Below are positions 14,462-27,470 of a stretch of 64,000 nt of DNA, piece after piece (position 1 is the stretch's first letter; every line of letters begins with the position of its first letter). The stretch lies in contig JASTWF010000035.1 in assembly GCA_030390025.1 (NCBI GenBank), forward strand, positions 4,340,001 through 4,404,000, in the 5' to 3' direction. Source of the stretch: Squalus acanthias. Taxonomy: Eukaryota. The notes below the pieces were generated by a model. It did not search any database, was not told the origin of the DNA, and saw nothing but the letters and a program-made list of their open reading frames with translations. A program made the position numbers and the translations under genes.

Positions 14462-17400
14462 TGAGCCCGCGTCACACTGTGTCACACTGAGCCCACGTCA
14501 CACTGAGCCCACGTCACACTGTGTCACACTGAGCCCACATCACACTGTGTTACACTGAGCCCGCGTCACACTGTGTCACACTGAGCCCACGTCACACTGA
14601 GCCCACGTCACACTGTGTCACACTGAGCCCGCGTCACACTGTGTCACACTGAGCCCACATCACACTGTGTCACACTCAGCCCGCGTCACACTGAGCCCAC
14701 GTCACACTGAGCCCACGTCACACTGAGCCCGCGTCACACTGAGCCCGCGTCACACTGAGCCCACGTCACACTGAGCCCGCGTCACACTGAGCCCGCGTCA
14801 CACTGTGTCACACTGAGCCCACGTCACACTGAGCCCACGTCACACTGAGCCCACGTCACACTGTGTCACACTGAGCCCACGTCACACTGAGCCCACGTCA
14901 CACTGAGCCCGCGTCACACTGAGTCACACTGAGCCCGCGTCACAGAGCCCACGTCACACTGTGTCACACTGAGCCCACGTCACACTGAGCCCGCGTCACA
15001 GAGCCCACGTCACACTGTGTCACACTGAGCCCGCGTCACACTGAGCCCGCGTCACAGAGCCCACGTCACACTGTCACACTGAGCCCGTGTCACACTGAGC
15101 CCACGTCACAGAGCCCACGTCACACTGTGTCACACTGAGCCCACGTCACACTGAGCCCACGTCACAGAGCCCACGTCACACTGTGTCACACTGAGCCCAC
15201 GTCACACTGAGCCCGCGTCACACTGAGCCCACGTCACAGAGCCCACGTCACACTGAGCCCACGTCACACTGAGCCCACGTCACACTGTGTCACACTGAGC
15301 CCGCGTCACACTGAGCCCACGTCACACTGTGTCACACTGAGCCCGCGTCACACTGATCCCACGTCACACTGAGCCCACGTCACACTGAGCCCACGTCACA
15401 CTGTGTCACACTGAGCCCACGTCACATTGAGCCCACATCACAGAGCCCACGTCACACTGTGTCACACTGAGCCCGCGTCACACTGAGCCCACGTCACACT
15501 GAGCCCACGTCACACTGAGCCCACGTCACAGAGCCCACGTCACACTGTGTCACACTGAGCCCGCGTCACACTGAGCCCACGTCACACTGAGCCCACGTCA
15601 CACTGTGTCACACTGAGCCCACGTCACACTGAGCCCACGTCACAGAGCCCACGTCACACTGTGTCACACTGAGCCCCCGTCACACTGAGCCCCCGTCACA
15701 CTGAGCCCACGTCACAGAGCCCACGTCACACTGAGCCCACGTCACACTGTGTCACACTGAGCCCGCGTCACACTGAGCCCGCGTCACACTGAGCCCACAT
15801 CACACTGAGCCCGCGTCACACTGAGCCCGCGTCACACTGTGTCACACTGAGCCCGCGTCACACTGTGTCACACTGAGCCCACGTCACACTGAGCCCACGT
15901 CACACTGAGCCCGCGTCACACTGAGCCCGCGTCACACTGAGCCCGCGTCACACTGAGCCCGCGTCACACTGAGCCCGCGTCACACTGAGCCCGCGTCACA
16001 CTGAGCCCACGTCACACTGAGCCCACGTCACACTGAGCCCACGTCACACTGAGCCCGCGTCACACTGTGTCACACTGAGCCCGCGTCACACTGTCTCACA
16101 CTGAGCCCGCGTCACACTGAGCCCACGTCACACTGAGCCCTCGTCACACTGAGCCCGCGTCACACTGAGCCCACGTCACACTGAGCCCGCGTCACACTGA
16201 GCCCGCGTCACAGAGCCCACGTCACACTGTGTCACACTGAGCCCGCGTCACACTGAGCCCACGTCACACTGAGCCCGCGTCACACTGAGCCCGCGTCACA
16301 CTGAGCCCACGTCACAGAGCCCACGTCACACTGAGCCCACGTCACACTGTCACACTGAGCCCACGTCACACTGAGCCCGCGTCACACTGAGCCCACGTCA
16401 CACTGAGCCCACGTCACACTGAGCCCACGTCACAGAGCCCACGTCACACTGAGCCCACGTCACACTGAACCCACGTCACACTGTGTCACACTGAGCCCAC
16501 GTCACACTGAGCCCACGTCACACTGTGTCACGCTGAGCCCACGTCACACTGAGCCCACGTCACACTGTGTCACACTGAGCCCCCGTCACACTGAGCCCAC
16601 ATCACACTGAGCCCACGTCACACTGAGCCCGCGTCACACTGAGCCCACGTCACAGAGCCCACGTCACACTGAGCCCACGTCACACTGTGTCACACTGAGC
16701 CCGCGTCACACTGAACCCGCGTCACACTGAGCCCGCGTCACAGAGCCCACGTCACACTGTCACACTGAGCCCACATCACACTGAGCCCGCGTCACACTGT
16801 GTCACACTGAGCCCGCGTCACACTGTGTCACACTGAGCCCACGTCACACTGAGCCCGCGTCACACTGAGCCCGCGTCACACTGAGCCCACGTCACACTGA
16901 GCCCGCGTCACACTGAGCCCGCGTCACACTGAGCCCGCGTCACACTGAGCCCACGTCACACTGAGTCCACGTCACACTGTATCACACTGAGCCCGCGTCA
17001 CACTGAGCCCGCGTCACACTGAGCCCACGTCACACTGAGCCCACGTCACACTGAGCCCGCGTCACACTGAGCCCGCGTCACACTGTGTCACACTGAGCCC
17101 ATGTCACACTGAGCCCACGTCACAGAGCCCACGTCACACTGTGTCACACTGAGCCCACGTCACAGAGCCCACGTCACACTGTGTCACACTGAGCCCACGT
17201 CACACTGAGCCCACGTCACACTGTGTCACACTGAGCCCACATCACACTGTGTTACACTGAGCCCGCGTCACACTGTGTCACACTGAGCCCACGTCACACT
17301 GAGCCCACGTCACACTGTGTCACACTGAGCCCGCGTCACACTGTGTCACACTGAGCCCACATCACACTGTGTCACACTCAGCCCGCGTCACACTGAGCCC

Positions 17401-20400
17401 ACGTCACACTGAGCCCACGTCACACTGAGCCCGCGTCACACTGAGCCCGCGTCACACTGAGCCCACGTCACACTGAGCCCGCGTCACACTGAGCCCGCGT
17501 CACACTGTGTCACACTGAGCCCACGTCACACTGAGCCCACGTCACACTGAGCCCACGTCACACTGTGTCACACTGAGCCCACGTCACACTGAGCCCACGT
17601 CACACTGAGCCCGCGTCACACTGAGTCACACTGAGCCCGCGTCACAGAGCCCACGTCACACTGTGTCACACTGAGCCCACGTCACACTGAGCCCGCGTCA
17701 CAGAGCCCACGTCACACTGTGTCACACTGAGCCCGCGTCACACTGAGCCCGCGTCACAGAGCCCACGTCACACTGTCACACTGAGCCCGTGTCACACTGA
17801 GCCCACGTCACAGAGCCCACGTCACACTGTGTCACACTGAGCCCACGTCACACTGAGCCCACGTCACAGAGCCCACGTCACACTGTGTCACACTGAGCCC
17901 ACGTCACACTGAGCCCGCGTCACACTGAGCCCACGTCACAGAGCCCACGTCACACTGAGCCCACGTCACACTGAGCCCACGTCACACTGTGTCACACTGA
18001 GCCCGCGTCACACTGAGCCCACGTCACACTGTGTCACACTGAGCCCGCGTCACACTGATCCCACGTCACACTGAGCCCACGTCACACTGAGCCCACGTCA
18101 CACTGTGTCACACTGAGCCCACGTCACATTGAGCCCACATCACAGAGCCCACGTCACACTGTGTCACACTGAGCCCGCGTCACACTGAGCCCACGTCACA
18201 CTGAGCCCACGTCACACTGAGCCCACGTCACAGAGCCCACGTCACACTGTGTCACACTGAGCCCGCGTCACACTGAGCCCACGTCACACTGAGCCCACGT
18301 CACACTGTGTCACACTGAGCCCACGTCACACTGAGCCCACGTCACAGAGCCCACGTCACACTGTGTCACACTGAGCCCCCGTCACACTGAGCCCCCGTCA
18401 CACTGAGCCCACGTCACAGAGCCCACGTCACACTGAGCCCACGTCACACTGTGTCACACTGAGCCCGCGTCACACTGAGCCCGCGTCACACTGAGCCCAC
18501 ATCACACTGAGCCCGCGTCACACTGAGCCCGCGTCACACTGTGTCACACTGAGCCCGCGTCACACTGTGTCACACTGAGCCCACGTCACACTGAGCCCAC
18601 GTCACACTGAGCCCGCGTCACACTGAGCCCGCGTCACACTGAGCCCGCGTCACACTGAGCCCGCGTCACACTGAGCCCGCGTCACACTGAGCCCACGTCA
18701 CACTGAGCCCACGTCACACTGAGCCCGCGTCACACTGTGTCACACTGAGCCCGCGTCACACTGTCTCACACTGAGCCCGCGTCACACTGAGCCCACGTCA
18801 CACTGAGCCCTCGTCACACTGAGCCCGCGTCACACTGAGCCCACGTCACACTGAGCCCGCGTCACACTGAGCCCGCGTCACAGAGCCCACGTCACACTGT
18901 GTCACACTGAGCCCGCGTCACACTGAGCCCACGTCACACTGAGCCCGCGTCACACTGAGCCCGCGTCACACTGAGCCCACGTCACAGAGCCCACGTCACA
19001 CTGAGCCCACGTCACACTGTCACACTGAGCCCACGTCACACTGAGCCCGCGTCACACTGAGCCCACGTCACACTGAGCCCACGTCACACTGAGCCCACGT
19101 CACAGAGCCCACGTCACACTGAGCCCACGTCACACTGAACCCACGTCACACTGTGTCACACTGAGCCCACGTCACACTGAGCCCACGTCACACTGTGTCA
19201 CGCTGAGCCCACGTCACACTGAGCCCACGTCACACTGTGTCACACTGAGCCCCCGTCACACTGAGCCCACATCACACTGAGCCCACGTCACACTGAGCCC
19301 GCGTCACACTGAGCCCACGTCACAGAGCCCACGTCACACTGAGCCCACGTCACACTGTGTCACACTGAGCCCGCGTCACACTGAACCCGCGTCACACTGA
19401 GCCCGCGTCACAGAGCCCACGTCACACTGTCACACTGAGCCCACATCACACTGAGCCCGCGTCACACTGTGTCACACTGAGCCCGCGTCACACTGTGTCA
19501 CACTGAGCCCACGTCACACTGAGCCCGCGTCACACTGAGCCCGCGTCACACTGAGCCCACGTCACACTGAGCCCGCGTCACACTGAGCCCGCGTCACACT
19601 GAGCCCGCGTCACACTGAGCCCACGTCACACTGAGTCCACGTCACACTGTATCACACTGAGCCCGCGTCACACTGAGCCCGCGTCACACTGAGCCCACGT
19701 CACACTGAGCCCACGTCACACTGAGCCCGCGTCACACTGAGCCCGCGTCACACTGTGTCACACTGAGCCCATGTCACACTGAGCCCACGTCACAGAGCCC
19801 ACGTCACACTGTGTCACACTGAGCCCACGTCACAGAGCCCACGTCACACTGTGTCACACTGAGCCCACGTCACACTGAGCCCACGTCACACTGTGTCACA
19901 CTGAGCCCACATCACACTGTGTTACACTGAGCCCGCGTCACACTGTGTCACACTGAGCCCACGTCACACTGAGCCCACGTCACACTGTGTCACACTGAGC
20001 CCGCGTCACACTGTGTCACACTGAGCCCACATCACACTGTGTCACACTCAGCCCGCGTCACACTGAGCCCACGTCACACTGAGCCCACGTCACACTGAGC
20101 CCGCGTCACACTGAGCCCGCGTCACACTGAGCCCACGTCACACTGAGCCCGCGTCACACTGAGCCCGCGTCACACTGTGTCACACTGAGCCCACGTCACA
20201 CTGAGCCCACGTCACACTGAGCCCACGTCACACTGAGCCCACGTCACACTGAGCCCACGTCACACTGAGCCCGCGTCACACTGAGTCACACTGAGCCCGC
20301 GTCACAGAGCCCACGTCACACTGTGTCACACTGAGCCCACGTCACACTGAGCCCGCGTCACAGAGCCCACGTCACACTGTGTCACACTGAGCCCGCGTCA

Positions 20401-23008
20401 CACTGAGCCCGCGTCACAGAGCCCACGTCACACTGTCACACTGAGCCCGTGTCACACTGAGCCCACGTCACAGAGCCCACGTCACACTGTGTCACACTGA
20501 GCCCACGTCACACTGAGCCCACGTCACAGAGCCCACGTCACACTGTGTCACACTGAGCCCACGTCACACTGAGCCCGCGTCACACTGAGCCCACGTCACA
20601 GAGCCCACGTCACACTGAGCCCACCTCACACTGAGCCCACGTCACACTGTGTCACACTGAGCCCGCGTCACACTGAGCCCACGTCACACTGTGTCACACT
20701 GAGCCCGCGTCACACTGATCCCACGTCACACTGAGCCCACGTCACACTGAGCCCACGTCACACTGTGTCACACTGAGCCCACGTCACATTGAGCCCACAT
20801 CACAGAGCCCACGTCACACTGTGTCACACTGAGCCCGCGTCACACTGAGCCCACGTCACACTGAGCCCACGTCACACTGAGCCCACGTCACAGAGCCCAC
20901 GTCACACTGTGTCACACTGAGCCCGCGTCACACTGAGCCCACGTCACACTGAGCCCACGTCACACTGTGTCACACTGAGCCCACGTCACACTGAGCCCAC
21001 GTCACAGAGCCCACGTCACACTGTGTCACACTGAGCCCCCGTCACACTGAGCCCCCGTCACACTGAGCCCACGTCACAGAGCCCACGTCACACTGAGCCC
21101 ACGTCACACTGTGTCACACTGAGCCCGCGTCACACTGAGCCCGCGTCACACTGAGCCCACATCACACTGAGCCCGCGTCACACTGAGCCCGCGTCACACT
21201 GTGTCACACTGAGCCCGCGTCACACTGTGTCACACTGAGCCCACGTCACACTGAGCCCACGTCACACTGAGCCCGCGTCACACTGAGCCCGCGTCACACT
21301 GAGCCCGCGTCACACTGAGCCCGCGTCACACTGAGCCCGCGTCACACTGAGCCCGCGTCACACTGAGCCCACGTCACACTGAGCCCACGTCACACTGAGC
21401 CCACGTCACACTGAGCCCGCGTCACACTGTGTCACACTGAGCCCGCGTCACACTGTCTCACACTGAGCCCGCGTCACACTGAGCCCACGTCACACTGAGC
21501 CCTCGTCACACTGAGCCCGCGTCACACTGAGCCCACGTCACACTGAGCCCGCGTCACACTGAGCCCGCGTCACAGAGCCCACGTCACACTGTGTCACACT
21601 GAGCCCGCGTCACACTGAGCCCACGTCACACTGAGCCCGCGTCACACTGAGCCCGCGTCACACTGAGCCCACGTCACAGAGCCCACGTCACACTGAGCCC
21701 ACGTCACACTGTCACACTGAGCCCACGTCACACTGAGCCCGCGTCACACTGAGCCCACGTCACACTGAGCCCACGTCACACTGAGCCCACGTCACAGAGC
21801 CCACGTCACACTGAGCCCACGTCACACTGAACCCACGTCACACTGTGTCACACTGAGCCCACGTCACACTGAGCCCACGTCACACTGTGTCACGCTGAGC
21901 CCACGTCACACTGAGCCCACGTCACACTGTGTCACACTGAGCCCCCGTCACACTGAGCCCACATCACACTGAGCCCACGTCACACTGAGCCCGCGTCACA
22001 CTGAGCCCACGTCACAGAGCCCACGTCACACTGAGCCCACGTCACACTGTGTCACACTGAGCCCGCGTCACACTGAACCCGCGTCACACTGAGCCCGCGT
22101 CACAGAGCCCACGTCACACTGTCACACTGAGCCCACATCACACTGAGCCCGCGTCACACTGTGTCACACTGAGCCCGCGTCACACTGTGTCACACTGAGC
22201 CCACGTCACACTGAGCCCGCGTCACACTGAGCCCGCGTCACACTGAGCCCACGTCACACTGAGCCCGCGTCACACTGAGCCCGCGTCACACTGAGCCCGC
22301 GTCACACTGAGCCCACGTCACACTGAGTCCACGTCACACTGTATCACACTGAGCCCGCGTCACACTGAGCCCGCGTCACACTGAGCCCACGTCACACTGA
22401 GCCCACGTCACACTGAGCCCGCGTCACACTGAGCCCGCGTCACACTGTGTCACACTGAGCCCATGTCACACTGAGCCCACGTCACAGAGCCCACGTCACA
22501 CTGTGTCACACTGAGCCCACGTCACAGAGCCCACGTCACACTGTGTCACACTGAGCCCACGTCACACTGTCACACTGAGCCCACGTCACACTGTGTCACA
22601 CTGAGCCCACATCACACTGAGCCCACGTCACACTGAGCCCACGTCACACTGAGCCCACGTCACACTGAGCCCACGTCACACTGAGCCCGCGTCACACTGA
22701 GCCCGCGTCACACTGAGCCCACGTCACACTGAGCCCACGTCACACTGAGCCCGCGTCACACTGAGCCCGCGTCACACTGAGCCCACGTCACACTGTGTCA
22801 CACTGAGCCCACGTCACAATGTGTCACACTCTCAGACAGTACTAGTGATGGTTAGTCACCCAGTGACTAACACTCTCAGACTGCACCAGTCAAGAGTAGT
22901 GCCCCGGTAACTAGTGATGGTTAAGTGTAATGGTCGAGACAGCATTAATGACATTGTGTAACGCCCTCTGCGACACTGGTAAAGTCTCATATTGTAATAT
23001 TTTTACAG

Positions 23009-23102
23009 AACTGACGCTAACAGTCAGACGCCAAAGAACGGCCTCTCTGACCCCAGCTACCCCATGAAGAGCCTCCTGGTGCGGGAACAGGGGCCAAGCA
23101 AG
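23009..23102 (+). CDS. Internal coding exon of host gene; probable ADAM12/19/33(13)-family metalloprotease cytoplasmic tail (xTDANSQTPKNGLSDPSYPMKSLLVREQGPSK)
   Basis: Acceptor ATATTTTTACAG|, donor AAG|GTGAGA; 94 bp, open, ends phase 0 matching the next exon. NGLSDPSY loosely resembles the GHxNPxF motif recalled for ADAM19-like tails. Confidence 0.65.
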
Positions 23103-23555
23103 GTGAGATGGAGCACAAGGGCCTCGGATAGTAAGAGCGTGGAGAATGAGAATGAAGGCGGGGGGAATTGGGCATGTTAGCACCTGGGGGGGGGCGAATG
23201 GGTTTGCGGCGGGGCGCAGCCAATCCAACACCGCCCGCGAGAGTCACCCGGGATTTAGCGCTGCCGCTAACATTTCGCACCCAGACCCTTCGCGGCTCCC
23301 AGATCGTGACATCACTGACTTTGGAACGCCCCGTTAACGGCCCAGATGAAAAATGGACTTTCGCTCCCTGCCTTAGCGCCCGGCCTGAACAACGGCAGGA
23401 AGAGGAGGCGAGATGCAGTCGGACGGCCGCTGTAGGAGCGGCATTTAAAGGGATCAACATCCGCTTTCATCTTAGTGGCCAATCAATGCTGCCGGCTCAG
23501 TTTCACACAGCGAAACTGACGTTTTCAGTGAGATAAACATTTGTAACTTTCAGGA

Positions 23556-24884
23556 GTGTTCCGCCAGCTAAAAATGTGTCAGTTTGATTCTGCTAACATT
23601 TGGAAGTCCTACACTTGGTTCCGTTATTGGGGGCTGTACCGTCACTCGACCTTCGACCTCGCTCTCCAGCATCAATGTCAGAGGCAGTGGAGCTGGAGAC
23701 AAAGATTGGAAAATGTGGCCAGAGGGAGGAGGGCCAACAGGGCTCTCCACAGGAGGCCGTACCCTCCCAGGGGATTCTGGGAGTACTTCTCCTACAGAAA
23801 TGTCACTGGGGAGCAGTGTGTTAGAAGGCTCCCCTTCAGCAAGGAGGTGGTCACAGAGCTCTGCCTCCTCCTGCAGCCAGACCTCCAGCCTCAGATCAGG
23901 ACCACCACGGCTCTCTCAGTGGCCGTCAAGGTCACCGTCACCGTCAATTTCTTCGCCAGTGTTTCCTTCCAGTCTGCAGGAGGAGACATATCTAACATCT
24001 CACAGTTTGCCGTCCATTGCTGCATCCGGCAGGTCACAGAGGCTCTCTACAGGAGGAGAAGGGACTACATTTCCTTCCCCATCACCAGAGAGAAGCAGGA
24101 TGAGCGTGCATGTGGCTTTGCCAGGATAGCGGGATTCCCCATGGTGCCGGGCGCCATTGACTGCACCCACGTGGCTTTGCGGGCACCGCATAATAATCCT
24201 GAGATCTTCCGTAACCGCAAAGGCTACCATTCACTCAGTGTCCAGTTGGTGTGCGTCCACAGACAGCGAATCCTCACCGTCAATGCCCGCTATCCTGGCA
24301 GCAGCCACGATGCCTTCCTCCTGCGCCAGACCGGTGTGCCAGCACTATTCCAGCCACCACGTCAAGTTTGCGGCTGGCTGCTCAGAGACAAGGGCTATCC
24401 GCTCTCCACCTGGCTCATGACTCCCCTCCGCAACCCCAACACTCCTGCACAGCACTCATATAATGAGAGCCATGCTTCCACAAGGAACATCATCGAGCAG
24501 ACCATTGGGATGCTGAAGCAACGGTTCCGCTGCCTTGACCACTCGGGAGACGCCCTCCAGTACTCACCGGAGCAGGTGTCCCATGTCATGGTGGTCTGCT
24601 GCATGCTCCACAACTTGGCCATCATGAGGGCACAGCCCTTGCCACCAGGGACTGCGGGACCACCTCAGGAGGAGGAAGATGGAGAGGAGGAGGAGGAGGA
24701 GGACAAGGAAGAGGAGGAGGAGGAACAGAGCGAGGGAGGAGGCAGCCACTCAATCGGCCTTCCGGAAGGACGATCTGTGACCTCATCAGACTGCGGTTCC
24801 AGTAAATTCAACCCCAGATCCCCGTTGCTCACCACATCCCATCATTCCATCCCTGTCGCAGGCCATATTAAAGCGCACAGCTGA
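23556..24884 (+). pseudogene. Harbinger/HARBI1-type DDE transposase, mildly degenerate
   Basis: Motifs GAIDCTHV, NRKGYHS, YPGSSHD, (G>R)DKGYP, HASTRNIIEQTIGMLKQRFRCL, CCMLHN, acidic tail. The likely native end (...DLIRLRFQ*, TAA 24803-24805) is in another frame, implying a frameshift near 24725. Confidence 0.9.
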
Positions 24885-24966
24885 AATGAGAGACCGCATA
24901 AATTCTGCAAAATTACATTAATAAATATATCTACAATCAGAAAACACACATATACAACAATATTAA

Positions 24967-25961
24967 CTAATCACCCTTGTGCAAATCCTTACTTCCCCTC
25001 TTTATAATCCCTTTTCCTAATGTACTGCTCCTATGTAGTCTGTCCCCATTGGCTGCAGCAGGGCTGGTGGAAGGCTGCTGAGTGTCCGGGCGAGAGACTA
25101 CAGATGGCCTTGCAGGACGCCCTCGACCAGCTCTGGGCATGGAAGGCCCGGCTGTAGACTGCACCACCTCAGGCTGGGCGGCGGCAGTCTGGGCTGGCTG
25201 GAGGATAGGCAGTGACAAGGGCAATGGCGGAATGGCAGTGGTGGGAGCAGAAATGCTGTCATCCTGAGAGAGGACAGCACCTTCCTGCTCGACCGACACA
25301 CTGCCACTCCCCCGGGGCAGCACCTCAGAATCCATACCAACCTGCTGGAGCACAGATTGCTGGCCTGCTGCGACACTGTGAGAGCCCCGGTGGACGGTGG
25401 TCGACCCAGCCACGATGGCAGCAGTCAGAGCTTGCGTGGCATCAAGCTGAGACTGCGTGAGAGCAGTCTGAGACTCGATGGCAGCAACCATTGACTGCAT
25501 TACAGCACTAAGACGTTGCGTGGCTTCCGCCTGTGATGCAATGGCTGCTGCCACATCGCCCATGACACGCAGCATGAGGTCTGGATCCCCATGGTCTTTC
25601 AGGGAGTCCACCATCCTTAGCAGACTGCCAAGGATAGGCTCCATGGTGTGCATAGAGCTCTGTGCAATGTTGGAGGTGGACTCCTCCACGCTCCTTACCA
25701 TTTCCAACAGGCTCTCGGGCACCCTTGCCATTGCACCTATCATCTCCATGTGCATGCCCATCACCCTTCTTGTGAATGCCTCCCCATCGAGGTCCTCATC
25801 TGAGTCCTGTGCAGCAGAACTCGCGCTCGAACTCGCCCTCTGGGGAGCTGACTCCAGAGCTACCCTTTCCCCCTGGCCTTGCTGCAGCCCGCTCGTCCCC
25901 GGTGCCTCACCCTGTGCAGGTCCCGCTACTAAACTTGCCTCTAAAGATGGCGTAGTTCCAG
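24967..25961 (-). pseudogene. C-terminal part of Harbinger second ORF (Myb/SANT-type accessory protein); N-terminal domain missing
   Basis: About 330 open codons convergent with the transposase, with a coiled-coil-like Ala/Gln/Met-rich segment then a Pro/Ser-rich tail. Identity inferred from Harbinger architecture; no Myb domain visible. Confidence 0.7.
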
Positions 25962-25971
25962 TAGAGTCATA

Positions 25972-26852
25972 GGGGGAAAAATTCAGTATCGCCCCGTTTG
26001 GGGCGCAATTATCGGCCGGGCACAAAGATTAGCGCCTGGCGCTAATTATCGCCTCCGACTGCAAACTTGACTTTTATCGCCCCTGGAGGTGATTGGAGCG
26101 CTAAATCAGGCGCTATACACCTGTCTTAAGGCGCAAAGGCCGAGAAGCGAGGCGCTACCTCAGAGTGCTGGCGAAGCTCATGTAATGTCAGTCAACAATG
26201 GAACACAGACACAATGGCACGGGCCAGTTCTTAAAGGGGAGGGTTGATCTTGCTTTCCATCTACATCCTACTCATTGCAGCCTTGACTCTCGGCCTGGAG
26301 AGACCTGTACATCAAATCTGCTGGAAAGAACAATGGAGAGTACCAGGGAAAGAGCTCAGAGTGCAGCCCCCACAGTCTCTTCTAAATCGATACAAGGAAG
26401 GGCAAATCAAAATGAACCTGCAAAGTGCTGCTCAGTACCCAAAACTCCTTCACACAGCGTTGAATCTCTCCAGAAGTCTCGCTCTCTCTCTCTCAGAATG
26501 CATGGTTCAAAAATGTCGGCAACAAAAAAAGGCAGGAAGCGGTCGCCTTTAAATAGTGCTCCCCCGTCCCTTCCTGACTGTAAAACGCTCCCCTCAACCT
26601 GTCATTGCTAGCGGCAGGCAGTAAGGCAGGGGACGCCACTCAATATCCGCTCCGCGGCGCTACCGGTGCGTTGCGCACTCGACTGACGTCACGATCTGCC
26701 AGCGCAGGAGATCGTGGCGGTAGTGTTTAGCGCCGCCGCAAAATGTCTAGTTAATTTCGCGAGCAGTGCAAACATCGCTGCGCCCGGGCGCGAGTTGCTT
26801 TGCGCCCTCTTAAGGCGCTAATGGGAGGCGCAACCAACTGAATTTTTCCCCC
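25972..26852. mobile_element. 881-bp non-autonomous Harbinger-derived element (MITE)
   Basis: Perfect 16-bp TIRs GGGGGAAAAATTCAGT (25972-25987) and ACTGAATTTTTCCCCC (26837-26852); 3-bp TSD ATA (25969-25971, 26853-26855). Confidence 0.93.
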
Positions 26853-27470
26853 ATAGAGTTATACAGCACAGAAGGAGGCCATTCAGCCCATCGAGTCCGT
26901 GCTGGCTCTCTGTAGAGCAATCCAGTCAGTCCCATTCCTCCGCTCTATCCCCGTAGCACTGCAAGTTTATTTCCCTAAAGTGCCTATCCAGTCTCCCTTG
27001 AAAACATTGAGTGTCTCCGCCTCCACCATTTCCGTCGGCAGCGAGTTCCAGGTCCTCACCACTCGCTGTGTAAAAGCGTTTTTCCTCACATCCCCCCTGT
27101 ATCTCTTGCCCAAAACCTTAAATCTGTGTCCCCTAGTCTTTGTACCATCAACTAGTGGAACAGCCTTATCCAAACCTGTCATAATCTTGTACATCTCGAT
27201 CAAATATCCCCTCAACCTCCTTTGCTCCAAGGAGAACAACCCCAGCTTCTCCAACCTAACCTTGTAGTTAAAATCCCTCATCCCTGGAACCATTCTGGTA
27301 AATCTCCTCTGTACCCTCTCAAGGACCTTCACATCCTTCCTAAAGTGTGGTGACCAGAACTGGATACAATACTCTAGTTGTGGCCTAACCAGAGCTTTAT
27401 AAAGGTTCAGCATAACTTCTCTACTGTTGAAGCCCAAGATCCCACATGCTTTGTTAACCACTCTCTCAAT

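Larger units (their letters stand above)
1..22830. repeat. Large satellite built from GTCACACTGAGCCC(A/G)C (16 bp) and GTCACACTGT (10 bp), often as 26-bp units; 14-bp GTCACAGAGCCCAC variant; interrupted twice by a CR1 fragment; open at the window start
   Basis: Continuous tandem array read directly; ends at ...GTGTCACACT 22830. Rare variant units recur at kb-scale periods. Confidence 0.98.
23155..25961 (+). mobile_element. PIF/Harbinger DNA transposon, truncated at its right end by a CR1 insertion
   Basis: GC-rich left subterminal starting near GGGGGGAATTGGG (exact TIR start uncertain); DDE transposase on +, convergent second ORF on -, AATAAA at 24920 between them. Confidence 0.88.

Noticed and set aside
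22851..22871. Perfect 9-bp hairpin GTTAGTCAC-CCA-GTGACTAAC at the satellite edge
   Set aside because: Too short and isolated to assign any function.
23102..23571. Possible host-transposase fusion using acceptor TAACTTTCAG at 23553
   Set aside because: Phase-0 splice gives GAG TGT TCC GCC AGC TAA, out of frame with the transposase.
25962..26025. N-terminus of the 352-aa minus ORF
   Set aside because: Read-through from MITE and CR1-tail sequence, not part of the Harbinger ORF.
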